Part shown: piece after piece, positions 1 to 12,120 of the stretch
Position numbering within the stretch: the first letter of the stretch is position 1
Layout: the number at the start of each line of letters is the position of its first letter
Assembly: GCF_004010195.1 (NCBI RefSeq)
Contig: NC_057755.1
Location: 5,935,474 to 5,999,473 of the forward strand
From: Chiloscyllium plagiosum
Lineage: Eukaryota
Length of the DNA: 64,000 nt
Reading direction: 5' to 3'
Notes under the pieces: model-generated
What the model was told of the DNA's origin: nothing
Databases searched by the model: none
The model's input: only the letters and a program-made list of their open reading frames with translations
Translations under genes and position numbers: made by a program

Positions 1-465
1 CATGGTACATCAAAGGCAACGAGCACTGAGTAGAATATATCCTTTACCTGTACAATTGTCGGCTGCATCATTCTTGAGAAGAATGTTCACGCTATCAATC
101 GTTGTGTCTTTTCAATGTGCGTGGATTGGAAATGTACAGGGGCTTCACATTTGTCACACAGTGATGAGTAAACGAGAATTGAGTTCGCACAATGTTAGTC
201 CTTATTTACTCAACTAAAAATCAGTGCCGGTGGAAACATTGCCCATGTCACAATTGCAGACAAAATTCAGCGCAAGGAACCGAGAGAACCAAGGTTCGAA
301 AGAGGCAGGGTGAGTGAGAGCGCGAAAGGTGAGTGAGAGAGAGAAAGAGAGAGAGACAGAGGTCATCATAATTAAGTAAGCAGAAACAAAATCGGTAAAC
401 TGCTAGCAATAACTCTGTCACATTGTGAACCAATCCCAAGATCGCAAATTATTTTCACTGACATA

Positions 466-720
466 TCACTGACCACACTCTTCTTGTCACTATTCATTCA
501 GAGACATCACTGATCTCAATCTTATTGCTATTGTCCATCCAAATACATCCCTGATATCACTCTGACTGTCACTCCTCATTGGGAAACAACATTGACCTCA
601 CTCCTTTTGTCACTATCCATTCTGATACGTCCATGACCTCTTTCATATAGTCACTGTTGATTCAGATACCTCACTGACCTCATATTTGTTGTCACTGCCC
701 TGCTGAATACAACACTGAAC
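466..720. repeat. Degenerate 41-bp minisatellite, about 6 units
   Basis: Units such as tcactgaccacactcttcttgtcactattcattcagagaca and tcactgatctcaatcttattgctattgtccatccaaataca recur with a 41-nt period. Confidence 0.8.
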
Positions 721-894
721 ATGAAATAAAATCCATCACGAAATGTTTGCGTTCAATGATGACAATACATTTGCACATTAATAGCAAAATATTAAGGAGA
801 GTAACGAGAGGTACAGAAGGTACATGCATAATAAGGTACTCAATTAAGCAAAGGATATGACAGACACTACAAAAATCCTTTTGAAATTTTTGCT

Positions 895-1825
895 GCCATG
901 GATTAAAATTTGATTAAGGTAGAGGCAATAGATAGTTGATATATACCGGGATTTCTCAAACTGGCGACAAGTTGAAAGTGGTGTTCTCCAAGAATCCTTG
1001 TTTTGACCCTTTATTTTCTCATTTTGGCTAATGATTTGGAGATGAGTGCTGAGGGTAAAATTTCGAAATTTTCAAATGACACCAAGCAGGGAGAACGGCA
1101 AATTATGAGGATGATGCTGATCGACTTCAGAGGGACAGTGACAAGTTGGCAAATGGGCAAACACTTGGCACATGAAATTCAGTGCAGAGAAATGTGGGGT
1201 ATTATACTTAGAAGAAGAAACTTGAAGAGACAATGTAGATGGAAAGGTAAAACATTTGAGAAGTAGAGTGGACTTGCTGAGTTTCTCCAGATTTTGTGTT
1301 TCCGTTTGTTTCAGATCTCCAGCCTCCAAAAGCCTTCATACATGATTCTCAGAGAATGGCCCGGCAAGGCCAAGTTCACAAGTGAAACACACATTAAGAA
1401 GACCTCTAAGTTCGCTGAATGTGGAAGAAATGCAACGCACATAAAAAAGCAAGGAAGTGATGCCACACCTCAAAAAGTCATTGGCCACCCCACGGTTGGA
1501 GTGTTGTGTTGTGTTCTGGACACATTATTTAAGGAAGGATGTTAAAGTCCTGCAGCTATCTCAAATGACATTCAACAGAATTAAGTCAGAAATTAGGGAA
1601 TTCAGATACGTGGGGCGATCGGCTAGATTAGACTTATTTTTTCTTGGAACCGAGAAGATTAAGAACAACCTTTATTGAGTTGTTCAACATTGCAAACATT
1701 TTTTACAGATAAAGTAGTATAATCTGTTTCCAACAGTAAGTATGTTAGTAAGTAGGAATCACAATTTTAAGAATATAAGCAAGAAAGCTGGGATTGAGAT
1801 GAGGAGAAATTTCTTTAATCAGTGT
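895..1825 (+). mobile_element. Old CR1/L2-type LINE RT fragment
   Basis: ORF 1003-1266 ..ANDLEMSAEGKISKFSNDTK.. resembles the LINE RT INDL..ISKFADDTK motif; downstream RP-LEYC-FW-like segment near 1490; many stops. Confidence 0.65.
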
Positions 1826-1844
1826 TTTTAGAATTTGGAATGTG

Positions 1845-2095
1845 CTGCCTTCCAAAGCCACAATCACCTCCACCTGGAAGGGCAAGAGTTCCTGGTAGTT
1901 GGGAAAGTGCCACCTTCATGTCCCTCTGCCAACCACTCACCATTCTGACAAGATTATATACCATCGTTCCGACAGTGTTGCTTGGTCAAAATTCTGTAAT
2001 TCCCTCCCTATAACAATGAGAGTCGACCTACATTACAGGGGCTGCAGTGGAATAAGAATGAGCTCACCACCACATTTAGGGGATAGGGGTGTGCT
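1845..2095 (+). mobile_element. LINE 3' end fragment, same family as 39850-40345
   Basis: Shared blocks cttccaaa-c..ccatct-gaagg..cac-cacca..ctgg-tc-aaattctg..gctgcag-gg..aagaa in both places. Confidence 0.55.
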
Positions 2096-2364
2096 ACTGA
2101 CAGGTAATAATTATTGACCAGTGATTGATTGATTAATATTTATTACTTACACCATGAGTGAAAACAAAAGTCAATCTGGTGAATGGCGTGCAGGGGAAAT
2201 GGATAATGTTAGAATGTATTTGCCGCTGTTATCCTTTGAGTTGGTGAAAATTTGGAAGGTTCTATCGAAGGTAGTTTGACGGTTTCACACTCCCCTAATA
2301 TCTTGTACATCAGGAGTGAATTGTTAATTAAGCAAGGATCATTTGGTAGCAATTAGGAATGTTC

Positions 2365-3972
2365 CGGAGTGGGACCATTCGGCACAGCCATTTTAGCGGA
2401 GCGATTTGGCGCGGCCCGTTTGGTGCAGCCCTATTTGCCGCAGACTCATTCAGGCACAGAAGTATTTCAGCGCAGCTCATAATTATTCTTTTTCAGGTTT
2501 AGTTAAAAGCATTAATGAACGCAATAAAAATTAATATAATGTTTATTCTCTTTAGTAAACATGTTAAAAAGAAAAAAGGAAATAAGTTAATTAAGAAAAA
2601 TCTAAAATATGACGTTTATTCAAATTTATGGGCAATCCCTCGTGAATACTCAACATCATTTCTCTCATTAAATCTTCTTACGACTGTTTGTATTCTAGCG
2701 TCTGCTTCCCTAAATTTCTTTAATTTCAATGGAATATGGTGGCCTGCTGCGAGATGCTCATAGTAAATGTTCCTTCCTCTCTTAACTTTTCGTAAACTGT
2801 TAATATTTTTATAAATAATTGGATGTTCCACTCCAAGTTCGCATTATAATCTCCTGTGGGCAGCTCCTGCATGATTGTTTGTTCTTCCTCATTGTTTAAA
2901 GTTTTTTCATATACATTCCACATTCCAACTGGAAAAACCAGTGGACGCCTACCATTTCCTCTGCGTAATGTTCTACTTATATAGTTATCTTTGAGCCAGT
3001 CCAGCAGTGGTTTCAGTTCATTTGGAAGCGCATCAACCAAATGTTTAATAGATTCGCCAATGTTTTCAATCGGAATAAATGCATGACAAAGTATCATTTT
3101 AGCTCTCAAAGGAAACTCCGAGTCAATGTTATACTTGCTCAAGTGTTCCAAACTGGCAAGATGTTTTCTCATATTTTGAGCCAGGTGAAAAAAAATCCCC
3201 GGATTTCTGCAGAAGGATAATGCTGCTGTAAACTTTTGAAATTTGCAAGTTCAAAGTCATAGTTGATACTGTCATGGTGGTATTTAGGCTATATGTCCAG
3301 TAACATTTTAAATAATTTATAATATGTTATTTGTAACTGTCTTCGGAGTAAAGCATACAACAGTGGGAACCTACATTTATGTATTTCCTCTAAAATAAGA
3401 AAAAACTTGTGAAAATAGAGGTGAGGCAATTTTGAATGATCCATCAACATATAACTTTTTTGATTGTTTCAGAAACTCGACATTCCTTTCTCTTTCAAAT
3501 ATAAGAATTGTGCAGGTGGAGCTAGGGCTGTCGACGAGTAAAAATTGTTCTTCATTATATTCATTAACAGATTATGTTTTGAACCTATGTGCATGTCACA
3601 ATATTCTGTTGAAGTTAAAGAAATTCAGGTAAGCAGATGCTAGAATACAAACACGCATAAGAAGATTCAGTGAAAGAAATGATGTTGAGTATTTACGAGG
3701 GATTGCCCATAATTTTGAAGAAACATCATATTTTAGATTTTTTGTAATTAACTTATTTTTCTTTTTAACATGTTTACTGAAGACAATAAAGATTACTTTT
3801 TAAAAATTGTATTGCTTTCATTAATTCTTTTATCTAAGCCTGAAAAGGAATGAATATGAGCTGCGCTGAAATACTTCTGTGCCTAAATAGGTCTGCGGCA
3901 AAATGGGCTGCACCAAACGGGCCGCGCCAAATCACTCGCTCAAAAATGGCTGCGCCGAATGGTCCTCAACCG
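2365..3972 (-). mobile_element. Mutator-like (MULE) DNA transposon, internally deleted, copy A
   Basis: Perfect 9-bp TSD GGAATGTTC at 2356-2364 and 3973-3981; termini CGGAGTGGGACCATTCGGC and GCCGAATGGTCCTCAACCG; ~380-bp inverted repeats; MULE transposase remnants inside. Confidence 0.9.
2616..3560 (-). pseudogene. MULE DDE transposase remnant (N-terminus missing, stops and frameshifts)
   Basis: Motifs LYVDGSFK, FPLLYALL, DFELA, GFFFHLAQN, WLKDNY, MWNVY, RTNNHA, ELGVEHP, EYSRGIAH. Confidence 0.85.
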
Positions 3973-4049
3973 GGAATGTTCCCACGCATCTGGCTGTCGC
4001 TCATTCCTAAATGAAGGTTGTTCGAGATTATTACACGTCCACGCTGACA

Positions 4050-4107
4050 AGCACACACACACACGCACGCACATACAGGAACACACATACAAACACACAA
4101 ACAAACA

Positions 4108-4140
<33 letters not shown>
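4050..4140. repeat. (CA)n microsatellite
   Basis: Direct read. Confidence 0.95.
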
Positions 4141-4167
4141 TTGCGCGTTTTACCGAAGCATGTGCTT

Positions 4168-7100
4168 TGTTCTGAAGATGTGGGTGTACCTTTGAGAGTG
4201 TTAAAACCAGCAAAACTACCGGACTGAGCAACAGGTATTCTCAACAAGGTGATAATGTAATATTGGGTTGATAACTTGATCAGTTCGTTGCTTGGAGACA
4301 AAAACAAATCCGAAGTCGGCCAATCAATTTGCGTTATACCCCGAAAAAAATAACAATACTCAATCTAGTTTGAATGGAGTATATTGACAATCTTAAAAGC
4401 TAATGATTCAATCTGATGCTCTGGGGGATAAGATTGAGGGCAAGTTGAACAGTTGAGAAGAGAACTGCCAAGTCCGAACATGTAACAGAATACTTGAAAA
4501 AATATCTCTCTTAAATGATTCTGGGTAATCCACGATGGAGGACGGGAAAAATTTCTGTCTGTAACAACTGCTACTCTTTTGAGGTATTTTAGGTGCTGGA
4601 GATAATTTCCTGGAATTGCAAGAGCAGCAGTTGTTGTTTTATATGCTGTTGATTTGTTTTGGAACTATGGAGAAATAAAAAGTCAAAACAACATCAAGTT
4701 TAAAAGAGAGAAGAACAGACAAAGGAAGCACACAGCGAGGTCATTGCAAGAGAGAGAGTGAGAGAGGAACTCACATTGCTAAGTGATAGAGGTAGCAGTT
4801 ACTGCCGTTGATGTTGAATTCTCGTATCGCTGAACATCGGAGTGCGTCCGGGAAAATTAAAGAAAGACAGTGAAATTCCTGAATGGGACAAGTCATTGTA
4901 CAGAAGCGGATAATTGGATTTTAAGTGTGGCCTCCAAATAAATCTGCAGTAGTGAGTAGAGTGGGTTCTTTCTTGATTATATGTTTTATTAAGCTAAGCC
5001 ATTTGATGATACTTAGCATATAAGCCATACCTGGAGCAGTGTTTTATAGAGGAGGAAGACAATGTTATTTGCTGGGTCTGGAGATTGACAGGAGCAAAAA
5101 TGGCCTTTAGTAAAATGATATGCTCTTATTGTCGGATGTGGGAGTTTAGGGAGAGCTTATGGGTTACTGAGGTTTACACCTGCACTAAATTCCACTGACT
5201 GCGAATCCTCTCAGATCGAATCGATCAGGCAGGGACAAAGCCTAGAACAAGATAGCACTGATAAATTAAACGACATTTATTTTAATGCAAGAGGCCAAAC
5301 CGGGAAGGCAAACGAATTCAGGTCATAGGAACATGGGATTAGTATATCATAGCAATTACAAAATCATGGCTCAGGAATGGACAGGACTGGCAGCTTAACG
5401 TTCTAGGATACAAATGGTACGGGACGGGCAGAAAGGGATGCATGAAAGGAGGGGAATGGCTTTATCGAAAAGGAACAGCATTACAGCTGTACGTGCGGAA
5501 ATTATTCCCGGAAATATACCCAGGGAAGTTATTTGGGTAGAACTGATAAATAAGAAAGGTATGATCAACTTATTGGGATTGCTTTATAGATCTCCGAATA
5601 CTTGGAAGGAAATTGAGAAACAAATCTTTCAGGAAATCTCAATTATCTGGAAGAATAATAGGTTGGTTATGGAAGGGATTGTAACTTTCCAAATAAAGAA
5701 GGTGCAAAATTTGATGTACTCTTGAGAAATAAGACAAGGCAGGTGATTGAAGTGGCCGGGGTTGGGCGGGGGGGTTGTCACTTTTTGGGCCAGCGAAAAT
5801 GATTCTATTAGTTTTACAATTGTGATGGAAAAGGGTAGACCACATCTAAACATTGAAGTTCTAAAATGTATGATGGGAAACCTTCAGAAATGAGATAAAG
5901 AGAGGCCAGCGAAAAGTATGATCCAGTTAGCGTGAAATGAAAGGCTGGTAGATACAGAGAATGCTGGATGACGAAAGAAAAATGAGGGTTTGGTTATGAA
6001 AAAGAAGGAAGCATATGTCAGGTCTGGACAGAATAGATGGAGTGAATCCTTAGAAGAGGATAAAGGCAGTAGGAATATACTTAAGGGAGAAATCAGGAGG
6101 GCAAAAAGGGGCATGAGATGGCTTTGGAAAATAGAGTTTACGCGAATCCATAGGTTTTTTACAAATACATTAAGTACATAAGTGTTACTAGGAATAGAAT
6201 AGGGCCCCACAAATTTCAGCAAGGCAGTCTTTGTATGGAGCCGCAAAGGATGGGGCAGATACTAAACGAATATGTTGCGTCAGTAGTTACTGAGGAAAAT
6301 GACATGAAAGATATAGAATGCAGCGAAATAGATAGTGACATCTTGCAAAATGTCCATATTACAGAGGAGGAAGTGCTGGATGTCTCGAAACGCATTAAGG
6401 TGGATAAATCTGCAGGACCTGATCTGGTGTACCTTGGAACTCCGTGGGAAGCTGGGAAAGTGATTACCGAGCCTCGTACTGAGATATGTGTATCATCATT
6501 AGTCACACGTTAGGTGCTGGAAGACTGGAGATTGGCTAACACTTGGGCCGAGAAGAGTTAGATGGAGGTTAATTTAGAAAAATGTGAGGTGCTGCATTTT
6601 GGGAAAGTAAATATTAGCAGGACTTATACACTTAATGGTGAGATCCTCAAAGTGTTGCTGAACAAAGACACCTTGGCGTGCATATTTCCTTGAAAGTGGA
6701 GTCGCACTTAGATAGGATAGTGAAGAAGGCGTTTGGTATGCTTTCCTTTGTTGGTCAGAGTATTGAGCACAGGAGTTGGGAGGTCATGTTGCAGCTTTTC
6801 GGGACATTGGTTAGGAGACTGTTAGAATATTGCATCCAATTCTGGTCTCCTTCTTATCGGAAATATATTATGAAACGTTAAAGGGTTCAGAAAAAAATAT
6901 ATATGGATGTTGCCAATGTTGAAGGGTTTGACCTTGTGCGAGAGATTGAATAGGCTAGGATTCTATTCCCTGTAGCATCGGAGGCTGAGACGTGACCTCA
7001 TTGATGTTTATAAAATCATGAAGGGCATGGATAGGATAAATAGACAAAGTATTTTCCCTAGTGTGGGGAGTCCAGAACTAGAGGGCATCGGATTATGGTG

Positions 7101-7725
7101 AGGGAAAATGTATAAAAGAGAGGTAAGGGGCAACTTTTTCACTCAGAGGGTGGTCCGTGTATGGAATGAGCTGCCAAAGAAAGTGATGTAGGTTTGTACA
7201 ATTGCAATATTTAAAAGATACCTGGATGCGTATTTTAATAGGAAGGGTTTGGAGGAATATGGGTCAGTTGCTGGCAGGTGGGAAGGAATGGTATGGACGA
7301 GTTGGACGGAAGAGTCTGTTTCTGCGCCATATATCTCAATGCCTCTATGACTGTAAAAGTACTTTTTCGATCAGTAACTTCTAGCGCAGAAATTCCTAAC
7401 AAATAGAAAAGAAGACACAGTATTATCTGATGAAAAGTACCTGCAGCTGCCTAGTTTTGAGAAAAGAAGAGCTATTTGGAAAAGCTTGATTTGGATTTTT
7501 ATTAGACTAGTATTTTCGAACGAAAGGTAAAAGATAGGTTAGGGAAAGAAATTGTAAATAGTGGTAAGTTAATTATTCTCTGTTTTGCTTTCCGAAATAA
7601 AGTTGTTAATTTTTATTTTATATAGCTCTTGTCCACACATTTCTTTACAGATTACCGCACTGGCTAACTGTTTTCTTTATTGCTGAATTTAAATTAAGCA
7701 GGAGAGTTTATCCCGTGTCGCCACA
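4168..7725 (+). mobile_element. TG..CA-bounded LTR-like element enclosing a CR1-type LINE
   Basis: Starts TGTTCTGAAG, ends ..TTTATCCCGTGTCGCCACA; AATAAA near 7596; flanks GCTT/ACTT may be a decayed 4-bp TSD; CA-rich sequence on both sides. Confidence 0.4.
5095..7352 (+). mobile_element. CR1-type LINE with internal deletions (ORF1 zinc-knuckle remnant, APE endonuclease, tether, RT C-terminus, 3' tail)
   Basis: CSYCRMWE..YTCTK; YFNARG; EVIWVELINKKG..LLGLLYRSPN; EPQRMGQILNEY..IKVDKSAGPD; LVRRLLEYCIQFWSP; tail ctctatgact. Confidence 0.85.
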
Positions 7726-8972
7726 ACTTAAATGCAAACAGTTTCATGCACGCGCTGGAACCCACACAGACACATACTCATACTTACACAATCACATTTA
7801 AAAACACATACGGAAACTAATTTATGCATGCTTCTGCATAACTACACGCATGCACACTAACACACACAGAGTCAGACACAGATACACACACACACACAAA
7901 CACACACACATTGATAATATTATATTTCCTCTTGTCGGGAGAAAATATTTCCCTGTGTTGGGTGTATCATGTGCTATCGCCATGTCTATTGTGTGCTCCC
8001 ACGAGAAGCTGAGGGCCAGCAGAAATCGCGACAAAATCGTTCAGGACTATCAAACCATTCATCATTGCCATTGACTGCAAAACCTGTTGACCTTCCTCGA
8101 AAGAGCTCAACCAGAACCTCACAAAGTCTCTCCTTTTGTCCACAGAAATTATTTTACGCTAAATTCTGTTACGCGTCTCAGCCGTTAACTGAATGATTCC
8201 TTACATTGGAGTTATACTCTTCTGGAATCAGATCTATAATAAACTTGCTAGATTTAAGTACACCTTTGTCAGTGACCGTTTTCCTTCTGCCATCAGTGTA
8301 AGTGGGCAAAGTTTGTCTGAAAATGGAAGAGGGCGTCAAACTGCAGAAAGAATTCTCTACATCTTCAGTGATAATTTCACACCTTGCATTGTCATCAGAT
8401 TGATCTTGTATATGTACTTCTTTTCAACCTGTTCAGAGATGTTGCAGCACCCCTCTTGAGCAGGTGTCAAAAAAACCCAGGTCACCTGCTTGAGAGATGG
8501 GACACTACCCCTTCCCCACAAAACCTCTGTAGCTTCTTGGAACCATCACTAAATGGATAATTGCACTTCACCATCAAATTGTAACTTTCTAAAAGTACAG
8601 TTCTTAAACCATTCACCAGGATGTAACCAATCATGCAGTCTAAACAAACAGGTGAACCAATATTTGAGCAGAATCAGAAAACTGAGATGGAGAGGATGGG
8701 GGTAGGATTGCAAAAAGTAAGAAACTTTGTAGAAATAAAAAGAGTGAGAGAGAAGAGACAAAGAAAACAGAGAGAAGTAAGCAGTGAAGAGAGAGAGAGA
8801 ACCATAACGGAAAAGAGGGAGGGAAAATCAGGCGAAAACACGAGTTTTACATAAAATTAATCAAAGTAAAATGAACAAAGTCCGCAAGTTTAATGTGAAT
8901 AAGACTTACATAAATGATGAGAAATATACCATACAACGGAACAATTTATTTTCAATTTTCAGCAAGACTTAT

Positions 8973-9144
8973 ACAAATGAACAAAGTTAAGAATCACACA
9001 ACACCAGGTTATAGCCCAACAGGTTTAATTGGAAGCACACTAGCTTCCAATTAGACCAGTTGGACTATAACCTGGTGTTGTGTCATTTTTAACTTTGTAC
9101 ACCACAGTCCAATACCGACATCTCCAAATCATGACAAATGAACA
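8973..9144. mobile_element. Short foldback element (56-bp arms, 6-nt loop) flanked by an 11-bp direct repeat; probably inverted termini of a Penelope-like element
   Basis: Arms 8981-9036 and 9043-9098 differ at 5 of 56 positions; ACAAATGAACA at 8973-8983 and 9134-9144. Confidence 0.75.
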
Positions 9145-9659
9145 TGCTAACTTAAAATTTGAACAGAAGTGGGCATTGAAGTGAACGTAAGATTATTAAA
9201 CATGCGTACTTTATATGTCAGATTATGTCAAGGGGCGTTTCTGGCTGTTCAACCATCTCATCGACAGTTCCTTTGTACCGGTGGGAAGTAACTCCTTGAC
9301 ACTTGATGTTAAAGGTGATTATACACGGGCAGTGTCAATGAATACACACACACACACAGTATAATCACTCTCTAGTGGGTACTGAAAATGTTGCACATAC
9401 ACAGATGGTCACTGCTGCTGGAACTTGCTGGGCACTGAGATAATATTCCTACAGGAACAAGATCATTTTGCAATTCATCCTGAGTGATTGTGATTGGTCT
9501 TCTGTTTCTGTCCTGAACTTTGGTGGTTAAGAAAGCGTTCTGGACATTTGCCTTTACGAGGCGAGTACAAACTTTCTGACCAGGCAGGTTACGTTGGAAT
9601 TGTGTAGGACGTTGATGAGGACACAGCTGAAGTACTATGTGCTGTACTGATACCGACAC

Positions 9660-10975
9660 TGTGACAAGGATGTGATTGTGCTAGAGCGAGTACAATGAAG
9701 ATTCACGAAAACGTTACCTGGGATAGAGCATTTCAGTGACGAGGAGAGGCTTAATTACCTCAAGTTGTTTTCTTTGTAACAGAGAAAATTGAGCAGGCAC
9801 AAGGAGTGCATGAAACAAATGTTCTGCTTAGTTGAATAGTCCCTAACAACAGTACATCATTTTCAAACAATAAGCAGGTTTACTGGGGATATTGGACAAA
9901 ACATACAATCAGATAGTGATGATCATCTGGACCGCACTGCCTGGGAGAGGGACCTCAATCTGCAAACCACACAAAGGCTAAAAAGTATTTGGATAAGCAC
10001 TTGAAGTGTCGTGGCATATTGAATGTGTGTGACATGCAATGTGCTGCGATGATCAGTATTAGTTCCACTATTTTTCGCAATGAACATAATTGATTTGTAT
10101 GTGAATATACGAGGTATGGTTAGTAACTTTGCAGATGACAACAGAACTAATGGTGTAGTGTACAGTGAAGAGTACAACTGGACCTTGGACAGATGAGCCA
10201 ATGGGCCGAGGAATGGCACATGGACTTTAATGTAGATAAATATAGGAGTTGCATTTTACCAAGAGAAAGCAGAGCAGGATTTAAGCAGTTAATGATATGG
10301 TTGTGGGGAGTGTTTCTGAACAAAGAGACATCGGTGTGCAGAGAAGATGCAAGTAAACAGGTTAGAGAAGAGTGCGAGTAGTATGATTCCCTTTTATGTT
10401 TCGTGTACTGAGTCTTGGAGTTCGGAAGTAATGTTGTGGCTGGATATGACATTGGTGAGGCCGCTCTGGCAATCGTGCCTTCATTTCTGTTCTTGCTGTT
10501 ATAGGAAATACGCTGTTTAACATGAAAATGTACAGAAACAATGGCAAAGATGTTGCAATAGTTGGAAGATTTGAGACATGGAGATAGCCTGAAAAGGCCA
10601 CGGCCTTTTTTCCCCTGTAGCTTGGTAGGCCAAAGCGTGACCTTCTAGAGGTTTATAAAATCGTGAGGGGCATGAATTGGATGAATAGCCAAAATCATTG
10701 ACAAATGGGGGGAGTCCAAAATAGAGGGCAAAAGTTTAAAGTCAGATGTGCAAGATTTAAAGGGAACCAAAGGGACAACATTTTCATGCAGAAAGTGAGA
10801 GGTACCGAATGACATGCGAGAGGAGGTGGTGGAAACTTATAAATGAAAAGGAAGGGTTGAGAGGGATCAGGCTGAAATGGGACAAGAAGTATGCAGGATA
10901 TCTGTTTGGCATTGACAATTTGTATGAATGGTATGTTTTCTGTACAAATCTGTGACTCCACCGTTGGAATGGTGA
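9660..10975 (+). mobile_element. Decayed CR1-type LINE RT and 3' fragments (at least two pieces)
   Basis: SNFADDT, MSQWAEEWHMDFNVDK and RDLLEVYKI-like motifs. Confidence 0.7.
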
Positions 10976-12120
10976 CTAGGGCAGGACGTAGAACAAAGAA
11001 CAAAGAAAATTTGCAGCCCAAGCAAAAGTCCCTTCGGCCCTCCAAGCCTGAACCAATCCAAATGTACTCTCTTAAGCTGTCGGTCACTTCCTAAGCATCT
11101 GTATCCCTCTGCTCCCCACCTACTCGTGCATCTATCCAGATGCATCTTAAATGAATCTGCCGTGCTTGCCTCTACAATCAAAACGTCCAACACCCTCTTG
11201 TGAAGTACTTGCCGCGTGTATCCCTTAAATATTCCACCTCTAACCTTGAAAGCCTGACCTCAAGTGATTTACTCCTTTACCCTGGGAAAAAGCTTGGCTC
11301 TGTCCACCCTGTCTATACCCTTCATGATTTTGTAAACCTCCATCAGGTCCCCTCCTCAATCTCTTTTTTACTAATGAAAATAAACCTAAACTACTAAACG
11401 TCGCTTCATAGCTAGCATCTTCCATACCAGGCAACATCCATACCAGGCAACACAGCGTCCACATCCTTTTGGCAATGTGGCAACCAGAACTGTACACAGT
11501 ATTCTAAACGCAGCTGAACCAATGTCTTGTACAATTATAACATGACTTTCCAGCTCTTATAGTCAATGCCCCTTCCAAAGAAGGTAAGCATACTATATTC
11601 CGTCTTGACAACTCTATCCAACTGTGCAGCAAACTTCAGGGTACAATGGACCTGCACTCCCAAATCTCTCTGTCCATCAAATTTTCCCAAGGCTTTTCCA
11701 TTCATTGTGTAATTTGCTCTATAATTGGTGCAGTCCTCACTTTTGCCTAGAATTAGCCTTGCCTAAATGAATCGCTTCACATTTGTCTGGATTGAAATCC
11801 ATCTGCCCAAATCTCCAGTCTACCTATATCCTCCTGTATTCTCTGACCATCCCTTACGCTTTCTGCTACTCCAGCAATCTTTGCGCCTTCTGCAAACTTG
11901 CTGATCATATCAACAGTGCCCTCTTCCAGATGATGTATGCATATTACAAACAACAGTGGCTACAACACTAACCCCTGTGAAACACTACTGGTCTCCTTTC
12001 TCCATTTCAGGAAACTCCCTTCAACTTACTCTCTGTCTCCTTTGCTCAACCAGTTCTTTATACACTTATTTACAAAGCCCTGCGCACCATGTGACTTCCC
12101 ATTCTCCATTAGTCTACCAT

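Noticed and set aside
466..720. CRISPR-like regularly spaced repeats
   Set aside because: No unique spacers or cas genes; eukaryotic context
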